Notes: generated by a model from the letters alone, not told the origin. A stretch of 64,000 bases of DNA from Methanomicrobiales archaeon (GCA_037137755.1 JBAXJR010000002.1:64001-128000); one strand, 5' to 3'. Positions 9,578 through 19,228 are shown, counted from the first letter of the stretch. Numbers and translations are program-made.

Positions 9578-10327
9578 TCAGGACTTGATTGTCCGGAACA
9601 GGTAGGCACCAATAATGGTAATGGCGATGGTGAATCCACCGAGCACTGCGAGGCACACGAGCGGGTTAATCTGTGAGACCCCGGTCAGGCCGTACCGGAT
9701 CCCCTCAACACCATAGGTAAGCGGGTCGAGGAGCGTTATCGGGACAATTGCTGGCGGCAGGCTGCTGATGGGGAAGAGCGCTCCGGAGAGGCCGAAGATC
9801 GGGAAGACGACGAAGTTCATGATGAGCTGGAACCCGGTCATGTCATCCATTCTCGACGCGATCGCGATGCCGAACGCGGTGAAGGCGATCCCGATCAAGG
9901 CCATGAAGCCGAACGCAATGAGAAATCCCGTTATAGTTCGGCTATTCAACCCGATAAACAGCGAGATCACGAGTATGATCACGCCCTGGATGAACGCCGT
10001 TGTTGCACCGCCAGCTGTCTGCCCCAGCATGATCTCCAGGCGGGAGACCGGCGCAACAAGCGTCTCTTTCAGAAACCCGAACTGCTTGTCCCATATGATC
10101 TGGATACCGGAGAAGACGGACGTGAAGAGGACACTCATGGCGATCATGCCCGGAATGAGGAAAACAATATAGTTCTCGTCCATTCCGGGGATCTGCACGA
10201 CGGAGTTGAGCCCGAAGCCGAGGAAGAGCAGGAAGAAGAGCGGCATGCTGACGCTGCCGATAATACGGCTCTTCGACCTGATATACCGCTTCATATTCCG
10301 GAGCCAGATGGTATAAATGATATCCAT
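9578..10327 (-). CDS. ABC-2 type exporter permease (DrrB-like)
   Basis: Six hydrophobic segments; FGFLKETLVAPVSR; LSGALFPI...DPLTYGVEGIR. Confidence 0.92.
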   Translation of the reverse strand: MDIIYTIWLRNMKRYIRSKSRIIGSVSMPLFFLLFLGFGLNSVVQIPGMDENYIVFLIPGMIAMSVLFTSVFSGIQIIWDKQFGFLKETLVAPVSRLEIMLGQTAGGATTAFIQGVIILVISLFIGLNSRTITGFLIAFGFMALIGIAFTAFGIAIASRMDDMTGFQLIMNFVVFPIFGLSGALFPISSLPPAIVPITLLDPLTYGVEGIRYGLTGVSQINPLVCLAVLGGFTIAITIIGAYLFRTIKS

Positions 10328-10329
10328 GG

Positions 10330-11316
10330 TTACCGCCTCATCATTTTCTGGTACATCCGCATGTTTGCTTTCCCGTCGGCTTCCTCCTCGCGGATGGTCT
10401 TGCCGGTAAAGGAGAGGAAGACGTCTTCGAGCGTCGGCTTGTGGATCAAGATCGATTCGATCGCGATTTTATCCCTGTTCAGGAGCGTCACGATGGTACC
10501 CACGTGCTGCTCGGCGTTCTTAAGGCTGATGATAACCTGCCCGTCGTGCTGCTCGATCCGTGAGACCCACGGCTCATTTAATGCTGCGACAATGGCAGAA
10601 GGGTCTGATGATTTGAGGGTGACGACATCGCCGCCCATCCCGTTCTTAAGGTTCACAGGGGTGTCGAGGGCGATGATCTTACCGTGATCGATAATAGCGA
10701 TCCGGTTGCAGAGGCGGTCCGCTTCCTCCATGTAATGCGTAGTGAGGATGATGGTGATCCCGTGCTCTTTGTTGAGGGTTGCAATGTACTGCCAGAGGTG
10801 GTTCCGGGTCTGCGGGTCGAGGCCGAGTGTAGGTTCATCGAGGAAGAGCACGGCAGGACGGTGGAGGAGTCCGCGGGCGATCTCGAGCCTTCGCCTCATT
10901 CCGCCGGAGAACGTCTTAACGATATCGTCTTTCCTATCCTCGAGTTCCACGAGGTTCAGGAGTTCATAGATCCGCTGGTTCCGGATATCCCCGTGAATGC
11001 GGTACAGCCTCCCATGGAAGTCCATGTTCTCCCAGGCGGTAAGCTCCTCGTCGAGGCTCTGGTCCTGGAAGACGATCCCGATTGACTTCCTGACCCCGTC
11101 CTCGTTGTGTTCAATATCCATCCCATTCACCGTGGCGGAGCCCGAGGTGGGTTTTAACATGGTCGAGAGCATCGCAAGGGTCGTGGTCTTCCCGGCCCCG
11201 TTCGGGCCCAGCAGGCCGAAGATCTCTCCCTGTTCGATCTCAAATGAAATATCATTCACCGCGACCAGGTCGTTAAATTTCCGGGTCAGGTGATCAACGT
11301 GTATTGCAACTGTCAT
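10330..11316 (-). CDS. ABC exporter ATP-binding subunit (DrrA-like)
   Basis: Walker A GPNGAGKTT, signature FSGGMRRR, Walker B LFLDEPT, H-loop TTHYM, C-terminal PTLEDVF. Confidence 0.95.
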   Translation of the reverse strand: MTVAIHVDHLTRKFNDLVAVNDISFEIEQGEIFGLLGPNGAGKTTTLAMLSTMLKPTSGSATVNGMDIEHNEDGVRKSIGIVFQDQSLDEELTAWENMDFHGRLYRIHGDIRNQRIYELLNLVELEDRKDDIVKTFSGGMRRRLEIARGLLHRPAVLFLDEPTLGLDPQTRNHLWQYIATLNKEHGITIILTTHYMEEADRLCNRIAIIDHGKIIALDTPVNLKNGMGGDVVTLKSSDPSAIVAALNEPWVSRIEQHDGQVIISLKNAEQHVGTIVTLLNRDKIAIESILIHKPTLEDVFLSFTGKTIREEEADGKANMRMYQKMMRR

Positions 11317-11319
11317 CTT

Positions 11320-11802
11320 TTATCCAATCCTTTTCAGATCATTCAGGCACTGTTCCAGCACCCGCACCGCATGATGCTCATCGCCCGGTGGAAGTTCATC
11401 GAGCGTGGTTTTAATATCAAACAGCAGTCCTTTTGCACTGACCCTGGCTCCGCCGAAGATGTCAAGGATCAGGTTCTTGTAAAGCGCCATCTTCCTGTGG
11501 TTTTCCTGTCCCTGCTCTTTCACTGTCTGCAGGGTCTCTTCCCCGCTCTTTGTCACTGCAAATGTAGTCTTCGCCCTCTTACCGGTGGCGATCACCTCAA
11601 TGAGGTGTTCGTCCTCGAGCTGGTGGAGCACCGGGTACAGCGTCCCCTTACTCGGGACCCAGAGCCCGCCGGTCTTCTCCTTGATCTCGGTGAGAAGATC
11701 ATAGCCTGACTTTGGGCACCTGCTTAAGGAGTGCAGGATGAAGAGTGCAAGTAAACTCCGTTCTTTCCCATGCCGGGAACCAAACTTCAGCAGGCTGGTC
11801 AT
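11320..11802 (-). CDS. PadR-family transcriptional regulator
   Basis: KSGYDLLTEIKEKTGGLWVPSKGTLYPVLHQLEDEHLI. First gene of the ABC operon. Confidence 0.9.
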   Translation of the reverse strand: MTSLLKFGSRHGKERSLLALFILHSLSRCPKSGYDLLTEIKEKTGGLWVPSKGTLYPVLHQLEDEHLIEVIATGKRAKTTFAVTKSGEETLQTVKEQGQENHRKMALYKNLILDIFGGARVSAKGLLFDIKTTLDELPPGDEHHAVRVLEQCLNDLKRIG

Positions 11803-11805
11803 CTA

Positions 11806-11827
11806 AATAGTCCGATTACGTACTATT
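11806..11827. promoter_or_regulatory. Putative PadR autoregulatory operator
   Basis: Imperfect dyad AATAGTCCG-ATTA-CGTACTATT, 3 nt upstream of the padR ATG. TTTATATC TATA-like box on the minus strand near 11846-11853. Confidence 0.55.
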
Positions 11828-11964
11828 ATGGTAAAGGAATTGAAGAGATATAAAGCTGAAGGTGCTGATAAATAGGTTTCAATAGTATCCGTGCTCCGGG
11901 TAAACCCCCGGGATATGAAATCATTACGAAACATGACAAGGTCTTGGGAGAACCGGTTTCCACA

Positions 11965-12025
11965 GCTTTGTTGAAAAAGATATGAACTGGGTGTGAATTC
12001 ACCATTCATGTCTGTTTCACAAAGC
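11965..12025. repeat. 61-bp imperfect palindrome whose end matches the MITE terminal repeat
   Basis: GCTTTGTTGAAAAAGATATGAA...TTCATGTCTGTTTCACAAAGC. The left arm shares GCTTTGTTGAAA with the MITE end at 2809. Confidence 0.55.
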
Positions 12026-12061
12026 AGGTTCCTCGAAAAATAAATGCATCCGGCAGTCTAT

Positions 12062-12841
12062 TCAGTCCAGCCGCTTCTCGTGGTTAGGAAATGCCACCCG
12101 GGGTCTCCGTGTAATGAAGGAGGCGTCAAGGTTTTTCACCATCAACGCTGCTATTCCTGCCGGAATACCCAGCGCCATCATATCGGGTGGAAGGGAATGG
12201 TTTTGCGTCGGGTCCTGCGGCCCCATAAATGCAGTATTGGTTGGAGCATTCGCAGCCATTCCCGCCGGATACGTGATGAACGTGGCACATGAGGGTCCCC
12301 AGGGGACAATGACAGGGGAGAACGGGTCATCACGGTCAAAATGGACGAGGGCCACCATATTCCGGACCTGTTCTGCAGTGCCAAAGCAGCAGACTGACCG
12401 TATATCCGGGGATGGATCGGGGAGTGCGTCACACGCTGATACGACAAGATATTTTCCCGGGGCTGTAATTTTCCCCATGACTTTGAAACAGGCTTCAACT
12501 TTTTCCGGGCCTGATTTTAAGAATTCCGCAGCTCCACCCCGGACATCTTTCCGGCCGGTTGAGACGAAGTATTTAATATCCTCCCGTTCCGGGGTAAATC
12601 CCATGTGGGAGATGCCGCCCGGGCAGCAGCCTTCGCTGGTATCTGCACTGACATAGACTGCTGACACTTCGTTTCGTGTCGCCATCCGGAACAGGGAAAC
12701 CGCAAAACACCGGTTCACTTCGGCCATACGGGGAATGCCCAAAGGAAGTACTTCTGATCCGTACACGGCGAGAGGGCGTGTCGAAAGCCTGAATGCTGAC
12801 GTGAGCCTCGCCCCTATTTCCCTGATATTAAGTTCGGTCAT
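12062..12841 (-). CDS. DUF169 (COG2043) family protein
   Basis: CCPGGISHMGF, VIVPWGPSCA, ~260 aa; paralogous to the neighbouring gene. Confidence 0.75.
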   Translation of the reverse strand: MTELNIREIGARLTSAFRLSTRPLAVYGSEVLPLGIPRMAEVNRCFAVSLFRMATRNEVSAVYVSADTSEGCCPGGISHMGFTPEREDIKYFVSTGRKDVRGGAAEFLKSGPEKVEACFKVMGKITAPGKYLVVSACDALPDPSPDIRSVCCFGTAEQVRNMVALVHFDRDDPFSPVIVPWGPSCATFITYPAGMAANAPTNTAFMGPQDPTQNHSLPPDMMALGIPAGIAALMVKNLDASFITRRPRVAFPNHEKRLD

Positions 12842-12853
12842 GGTTATTCTACC

Positions 12854-13678
12854 TCAATCGCACTCGGCAAGCCCTTTCCAGATCGGGCCGTCGAACACAC
12901 CGTCCTTTGCCTCCTCCTCCATCTCCAGGAAGAGCGAGAACGGTACGGCAAAGGTGAACATATGTGCAGGGATGGTTGTTCCCACACTCTCCCGTGCGGA
13001 AAGATCCGTGTACCCGAGCACTGCCCGGGGGTGCTCTTGCTTTGCCTCGTCGTACACGAATGCCCCGATCTGCTGGCAGGCTGCCATGGGGGGGACCCGC
13101 ACCGGATCGGTGCCCTCGCGGACTGCCCCGACGAGGGTGACGAGCCCGGTGATCTGCAGCGGGTCGGCAACAAATACAACAACAACCGGGTGTTCACCAG
13201 GTTTCACCTTGCTGAGTGGCGTGAAGATCACGTACTTCTCGGCAATGTCGGTGATCGGCAGGTCCACGGTCATAAACCTTTTTGCCTTCTCTGTATTTTT
13301 ATGGAGGCGTTCACCGTGGATGAACTTGGCCCGGTCCCGTTCGGGAACCTGTTGCACCATCGCGCAATAGGCCTCCGGGTTTTTGCTGCTCTCTGAGCCT
13401 TTTACAAAGAACGAGGCCATGAATTCGACACCTGCGCCTCCGAAGGCATCGTAGTACCCGTTGCCGAAACCAAGTCCCGCCCGTGCACCGGGGCAGCCAT
13501 AGCTCTCCCGGTCAAACACAGCGGTCTTCCCCTTCATTGCTACATGTGCAAAGAACGGCATGATGCAGCCGAATCCGTGCGGTTTTATCTGCAATGCCCC
13601 TTCGGGTTTTACATTACTCCAGAGAATTGCCACGGGTTCCTGGCCAAGCCGGAGTTTTTCTGCGGTAATGCTCTTCAT
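12854..13678 (-). CDS. DUF169 (COG2043) family protein
   Basis: LRLGQEPVAILWS, GCIMPF, YGCPGARAGLGFG, AACQQIG, AVLGYTDLSAR. Confidence 0.8.
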   Translation of the reverse strand: MKSITAEKLRLGQEPVAILWSNVKPEGALQIKPHGFGCIMPFFAHVAMKGKTAVFDRESYGCPGARAGLGFGNGYYDAFGGAGVEFMASFFVKGSESSKNPEAYCAMVQQVPERDRAKFIHGERLHKNTEKAKRFMTVDLPITDIAEKYVIFTPLSKVKPGEHPVVVVFVADPLQITGLVTLVGAVREGTDPVRVPPMAACQQIGAFVYDEAKQEHPRAVLGYTDLSARESVGTTIPAHMFTFAVPFSLFLEMEEEAKDGVFDGPIWKGLAECD

Positions 13679-13729
13679 GTCAGTTCATCATCCTGAGCAA
13701 TACTATCCGATGAACCTCCTCTCTATAAA

Positions 13730-13747
13730 TAGATGACTATTCAACTA
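13730..13747. promoter_or_regulatory. Putative MarR operator in the divergent DUF169/marR promoter
   Basis: Imperfect dyad TAGATGACTATTCAACTA directly beside a TATA-like CTATAAAT (13723-13730). Confidence 0.55.
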
Positions 13748-13766
13748 ATTGCAAGGTCTGGAGAAC

Positions 13767-14228
13767 ATGGGTCTGAACGACGAAGAATCTGTTACTCAGT
13801 GGATTTCGGATAGTGAAGTTCCGGCAGCACTGATTTCGTACACGTATCGTACGATTCAGAAATCATTTGCCAAAGAGCTGGCCTTGTATCATATCGGTTG
13901 GGGTCACTTCGCGATCCTGATGTCCCTGTACGAGATGGAAGGCCGCAGTCAGGACCGTCTTGCCTTATCCCGGGGTTTTGATAAAACAATGATTGCGAAA
14001 TCCGTGGTCAGGCTGGAGGAAGAGGGTTTTATTCGCCGCGAGATTGACCAGGACGACAAGCGGGTGAAACGGCTGTATCTTACGGAAAAAAGCCGGAATC
14101 TCCGCCTGGAGATGGAGCGGATTGGTTACCGGTTGAATGAGTTACTCATCAGGGATTTCGATGCAGAGGGATCAGTTCAGGCAATCGGGAACCTTCGAAA
14201 GATTGCACTGAATGCATCGGAACTGTGA
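13767..14228 (+). CDS. MarR-family transcriptional regulator
   Basis: SQDRLALSRGFDKTMIAKSVVRLEEEGFIRREIDQDDKRVKRLYLTEK. GGAG RBS before ATG 13767. Confidence 0.92.
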   Translation: MGLNDEESVTQWISDSEVPAALISYTYRTIQKSFAKELALYHIGWGHFAILMSLYEMEGRSQDRLALSRGFDKTMIAKSVVRLEEEGFIRREIDQDDKRVKRLYLTEKSRNLRLEMERIGYRLNELLIRDFDAEGSVQAIGNLRKIALNASEL

Positions 14229-14444
14229 CTGTGGAATTCCTGACTCCGCAATGACCGGAGTGTAATAGGGCAGGAGATTCTCCTTGATATCAGGCACTGC
14301 CCCCGGTGGAAAGAGTTCGGGGAATGTTACGAAGGGATAAAACAGGAGTTTATAGACCTGAAAAAATGTACCGGTGGATCCCCGCAACCCCCGGAAAAAC
14401 GGGGCTGGGAAAAATTTCCCGGGCTTTCGAGATACAGATATTTC

Positions 14445-14705
14445 GGCTGTGTTGAAACCCTGCATATTTAAAAAAAAGAAGGACTACGTTGACAGGAGGG
14501 GGTTTCACCCCCTCCCTGCCCCACCCCCAATAAGATATCCATTGGCAGGGTTAAATTGGGGCATTCTAGAAAATTTCAGAGGTTTGGAGATTATTCCCTA
14601 TCCCAACCGGGGTCGCCACAGCGGCGGGGCGAAGCCCCGGGAGCGTGACTAACTATTGGAATAATCTGATCTGCAAGATCGGTTTGAGAGGGTTTCAACA
14701 GAGCC
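14445..14705. mobile_element. 261-bp non-autonomous element (MITE) with 17-bp TIRs and an 8-bp target-site duplication
   Basis: Left end GGCTGTGTTGAAACCCT and right end AGGGTTTCAACAGAGCC are 16/17 complementary. GATATTTC is directly repeated at 14437-14444 and 14706-14713. No transposase. Second copy at 2808. Confidence 0.92.
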
Positions 14706-14860
14706 GATATTTCGTTAATTTTTTTCTTGGAATTGTTTTTCATCCTCCAACGATAGTTGGGACGGATTTTTCGAATAACAAGAATCCACAATATTGGATT
14801 TTTGGTTGATTTCAACAAAGAACGAATTGCTTTAAATAACAGGGTGCAATGGAGATATAC

Positions 14861-15445
14861 ATGCTAAACGATTTTATGGAGAAGGTCAGGGGTTTTATTT
14901 TGAAACCTGTCGAGACCTTCCAGGAATGTAAGGAAGACTCCCTCGGAAATGCCCTTACCTATTACATCATTCTCGTTATCATTAACGCGATCCTCTCGAC
15001 ACTGGTCCTGTTTGCAGGGATAAGCACCCTGAGCATGTACGAGAAAATCCCTGGAATGGAAGGGATCTTCCCGGCTGTCCTGTTCGTTGGTATAATCGTG
15101 GGAGGAATCATCGGCGTGTTCATTTGCGGTGCATGGCTCCACATTTTTGTCTGGCTCCTCGGTGGGAGAAAAGGTTACGAAAAGACATTGAAAGCCATCA
15201 TGTATGGATCAACACCGGGACTCCTGATCAGCTGGATCCCAATCATTGGTATTATTGGAGCGTTATGGACTCTCATTCTTGAGATCCTTGGTATCCAGGA
15301 ACTCCAGGAGATGTCCACGGGGAGAGCAGCTGCAGCAGTTATTCTCGCAGTGGTCGTCTTTGTGATTATTATCATCGTTGTCGCCCTGGTATTTTTTATG
15401 GCCGTTACAAGAGTCATAAGTGCATCTTCATACATAACCCATTAA
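14861..15445 (+). CDS. YIP1-family membrane protein
   Basis: ILKPVETFQ, HIFVWLLGGRKGYEKTLKAIMYGSTP, GIQELQEMSTGRAAAAV; about five TM helices; GGAG RBS. Confidence 0.85.
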   Translation: MLNDFMEKVRGFILKPVETFQECKEDSLGNALTYYIILVIINAILSTLVLFAGISTLSMYEKIPGMEGIFPAVLFVGIIVGGIIGVFICGAWLHIFVWLLGGRKGYEKTLKAIMYGSTPGLLISWIPIIGIIGALWTLILEILGIQELQEMSTGRAAAAVILAVVVFVIIIIVVALVFFMAVTRVISASSYITH

Positions 15446-15623
15446 CTCCATTTTTTCCAAAATATGATATGTTTCCGTTTTCCAGTGTATTGGCGGTGAG
15501 TAATGGTAACCACCACATAGAGGGCACACCTCCTGCCCCGTTGAAGGGGCATGGAGTATCTCAACGGTACCCTGGTAAAGGAAGAATTCCCGTCCTCCCT
15601 GAAAAGAAATGAATGAATCTGCT

Positions 15624-16250
15624 TCAGTTCCTGACGTAGATATACCGGAGCAGGTGAGTGTGCCTGCCCTCCCCGCCATGTTCTTCGGGGTCCTCCATCA
15701 TGCCGGTCTCCAACACATCGAAGTCCCGGAACTCTGATACCAGGTCCTCTTCTGAATAATAGTGGACTTCTCGTCCGGGCTTACTCTCGAAGGTGTTCTC
15801 CTCGACCTTCCTGCCCGTGCCATAACCAGGCTCCCTGTCGGAGAAGACCACGAAGAACATAACCCCTCCCTCCTTCAGCTGCTCCAGGCATCGTGCAAGG
15901 AATGAAGCCCGGTCGACCTTCCGGAAGAGGTGAAGAACATTGAAACAGTAGATACCATCATACATCGAGTCGTCGAAGGGCATGTCAAGCACTGACCCGT
16001 GGTGGTACCGTACTTCCCCCGGATTTTGCAGCGCAAGAGTAACCGCCGTCGTTGAGATCTCTATGCCGGTTACCAGAAACCCTTCCCTGGCAAATGCCAC
16101 GGCATTGCGGCCATACCCGGAGCCCGGTACAAGGACCTCGTGCACACTGGCCGATTTAAAGAGCCGGATCGCGTACTCCACGGTCCTGCTGGGTGTATCG
16201 CCCCATATCATGCCTTCCTCGATGAAACGCTCCTCCCAGAAGGTGTTCAT
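15624..16250 (-). CDS. Class I SAM-dependent methyltransferase
   Basis: VLVPGSGYGRNA motif I, VTGIEIS, GSVLDMPF, YDGIYCFNVLH. Start placed at MNTFWEE. Confidence 0.88.
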   Translation of the reverse strand: MNTFWEERFIEEGMIWGDTPSRTVEYAIRLFKSASVHEVLVPGSGYGRNAVAFAREGFLVTGIEISTTAVTLALQNPGEVRYHHGSVLDMPFDDSMYDGIYCFNVLHLFRKVDRASFLARCLEQLKEGGVMFFVVFSDREPGYGTGRKVEENTFESKPGREVHYYSEEDLVSEFRDFDVLETGMMEDPEEHGGEGRHTHLLRYIYVRN

Positions 16251-16438
16251 ACAGGAGATGTGGTCTTTTGCGGAAAAGTACCTGCCGGAACAGTCCGGGT
16301 ATACATTCAACGACCCTTTAAGGAACGAAACAGAAACAGGGTGGTTGCAAAGACACCGGGGAATTATCTTCTGAAAAGGGAGGGAGCTGAACAACAGTAT
16401 CCGGTCCGGTGAAGGTGACCCGGGTCATGCCCCGGGTT

Positions 16439-16702
16439 TCAAATACCTGGTGTCTCTTTTAATGTTATATTATACATGCACCCGTCATACGTGGACTTTT
16501 TCCGCGAGACCCGGAAGGGTGTATGCGGCATATTTTCTGCCCGCTCTAGAAATTTTGCAACAGTGCCTCCATCAACAACCCTGAGGCCGCAAATCCTGAT
16601 AATTGTGCCTACCTTACCGTTGAGCACTTTGCCCTTGTGAAGAGATGAAAGGAGTGACTGGCCGATTTCCCATTGTTTTTTTCTGATTTCACTCTTTTCC
16701 AT
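16439..16702 (-). CDS. Hypothetical basic protein (87 aa)
   Basis: ATG-started ORF filling an intergenic gap. No recognisable motif. Confidence 0.5.
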   Translation of the reverse strand: MEKSEIRKKQWEIGQSLLSSLHKGKVLNGKVGTIIRICGLRVVDGGTVAKFLERAENMPHTPFRVSRKKSTYDGCMYNITLKETPGI

Positions 16703-16967
16703 ATGTTGTATACTGTGCAGGTAGTAATCATAGCTTTGCTAATGAACAATGGTAACAAATAAGCCTTTAATGGATTTATTTTTTTAAAAATTCAACGGTT
16801 AATCGTGAAAACTGGTCATATGGATATTCGATAATTCTGTAAAATTTCGTTTCACAATCTGGATGAACTGAGCAGAAGTGGCCTGGAACAGAAGGAAGAG
16901 GGGACGGGAGATGAGGGACTAACCTTTTCGGCGGACATACTCCATCCCGGGTCCTGATTTTTTAGAG

Positions 16968-18971
16968 CTACGTATGAATAAACCGGTATGCACCTTTCGG
17001 CACACTCATCTCGAACCGTGCACCCGACCCAATTGTGCCTGTTTCCCGGATCGTGATGCCCGTAATTCCGAGAATTTCCCGCACCAGGAATAATTCCATG
17101 CCTTGCTGGGTCCCGTATCCCCGTTCAAAGATCTTCTCCTTATTGGCGTCCGGTATTCCGGTACCATTGTCCTCGAAGGACAAAAGGAGACCGTCTCCGG
17201 CAATCTGGTACCCTATGATGACCCTGGTTGAATTCTTTGCGTGGCGGAGGACATTTCCTGCCAGTGTGAAAAAAACTCTTTCCAATAGTGAATCCGCGTA
17301 AATTTCCAGGTTATCTAACTGGATGGTCCGGTGAATAGATGAAAAATCCAGGTGCGAGATCCCCAGTACAAATGACTGGTGAACGTTCTGCCACTCGGGA
17401 GGTTTTACACCAAGGTCCTGGTAATTTTTTGCAAAGTTCAGACAATAGTCTATCTTCCTGACCGATTCCTCTTCCATTTCCAGGTAATTTTTAACCGGTT
17501 CTTCTCCAGGGAGTGGTCTTTCGAGGGTGAGGTATCCCTTTAGCGTGAAGACTGCATTCTGTATATCGTTAAACGTGACCTGGTTCAGTAACGTAAGCTT
17601 TTTAGTAACCTGCTGTAATGCAGCCTCTGCCTGTTTACGCCCGGTGATGTTCGTCATCAGGACCAGTACAACGGGCTCTTTCCGGTAACTGATCGGGACT
17701 GCCTGAAGAAATGCGGTGGTAATTTCTCCGTTGCCGGTCCTGATATCAACTTCATAGGGGTGTAACCGGTCACCTGACAACCGTGCTCTCATTTTATTTT
17801 CGACATCGCTACGCTGGTTATCGGTGATAAACGTAAGGATCGGTTCTCCGACGACCTTTGACCCAGGGGAAACCAGTATGTTCATCGCTGCCCTGTTGGC
17901 GAACCTGATGATCCCGTCATGGTCATAAATGAGGATAATATCCGGCAGGTTCTCAACAAGGTTGCGGTTAAACTCCTCGCTCTCCCGCAGGGCCTCTTCT
18001 GCCTTGCTGCGTCTCTCTTCTTCCTTTACGATACCCCGGGCCCGGGCAAGGTAATAGGCGAAGTAAAGGAGTGCAATGATCAGGATCGCGGAAATGATGA
18101 TCAGGGTATTCCGGAACCCCTGTATTGTACCCAGTATTTCCTGTTCCGGTGTTGAGACAATGACTGACCAGGACGTGTCACCAATTGTTACCGGCAGGTA
18201 GATCGCCTGGAATTTCCGGGAAGACAACTGTTGGACTGGATCTCCGCTGACCGTATAGGCAGTGATACCCTTTGACCCCTTCATTGCCTCCTGTGCCATT
18301 GCCGTGAAGGTGGGAGAATAATTAAAGATTTCAAAGACGGACTTACCGACCTGTCCCGGATAGGGCGAATAGAGCACGACACCATTCTGGCTGATTGTCC
18401 AGGCATATCCCGAATCAAGCACCCTGATGTTGCCCAGGTTTTTCTGTGCAAGGGTATCAAAAGGAATCAGAATAGCAATACTGCCTGCGAAACTGCCGTC
18501 CCGGAAGACAGGCATATGAAATGCTATCGTCCTGAATCCCTGGACCGACGTAAATACATCACTGATCACAACCGAATGGGTGTTCATCAGCTGAAGGACG
18601 TGGGATTGGGAAGAAATATCGGCTCCGGTGGCTGATTCAACAGGATAAGTATAGGTGATAGTACCGTTCTCATCAACCCGGGAAATGGATGAAATCTCAC
18701 CTGCATGGCTGATGAAAAAATTCCGCATCAGATCCCTGCCATCAGGATCGAGGACTATGATATGATTGTTCCCTGCAAGAAACGAGAGAGAACTATTATA
18801 CCCGGTAAAAAAGCTTTCAATCCCTGCTGCTGCCTGGCCGGCATGTACGACCTGTTCGTTATTCACCTGGGTAATGGTTTTTGACTCAATATCTGTATAG
18901 GTTGAATACAACAGAAATCCACATACTGCCAGGAGTACAAAGAAAACAACAAACTGCCGGATGTATCGCAC
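16968..18971 (-). CDS. Membrane sensor: dCache-PAS-histidine-kinase-like, H-box His replaced by Asn
   Basis: Two TM helices flank a dCache domain (VVISDVFTSVQGF, SGYAWTISQNGVVLYSP), followed by PAS. H-box reads VTFNDIQN; G1 DNGTG; G2 degenerate (GMELF). Confidence 0.88.
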   Translation of the reverse strand: MRYIRQFVVFFVLLAVCGFLLYSTYTDIESKTITQVNNEQVVHAGQAAAGIESFFTGYNSSLSFLAGNNHIIVLDPDGRDLMRNFFISHAGEISSISRVDENGTITYTYPVESATGADISSQSHVLQLMNTHSVVISDVFTSVQGFRTIAFHMPVFRDGSFAGSIAILIPFDTLAQKNLGNIRVLDSGYAWTISQNGVVLYSPYPGQVGKSVFEIFNYSPTFTAMAQEAMKGSKGITAYTVSGDPVQQLSSRKFQAIYLPVTIGDTSWSVIVSTPEQEILGTIQGFRNTLIIISAILIIALLYFAYYLARARGIVKEEERRSKAEEALRESEEFNRNLVENLPDIILIYDHDGIIRFANRAAMNILVSPGSKVVGEPILTFITDNQRSDVENKMRARLSGDRLHPYEVDIRTGNGEITTAFLQAVPISYRKEPVVLVLMTNITGRKQAEAALQQVTKKLTLLNQVTFNDIQNAVFTLKGYLTLERPLPGEEPVKNYLEMEEESVRKIDYCLNFAKNYQDLGVKPPEWQNVHQSFVLGISHLDFSSIHRTIQLDNLEIYADSLLERVFFTLAGNVLRHAKNSTRVIIGYQIAGDGLLLSFEDNGTGIPDANKEKIFERGYGTQQGMELFLVREILGITGITIRETGTIGSGARFEMSVPKGAYRFIHT

Positions 18972-19228
18972 TTATATCCCTCACACTGTTGTCATATGTC
19001 CTTTGGTTCTTCGTTCCCGATACCGGATGCCTGTGTCCCTGATGCGGGAAGTTACAACAATTCCTTTCTGCTCCACTGTCTGATTAACTCTTCCCTGGAA
19101 GGTGTAGTCTGGGCATCTGTGGTAAGATGATGTACCACGTGCTATCGCTGCACTCACCGGATGGACCGTATACTTCGTTTTTTTGTGTCCGACTCCTGTT
19201 ATTGTTGGGACAAGAAAAAAAGTGATTT

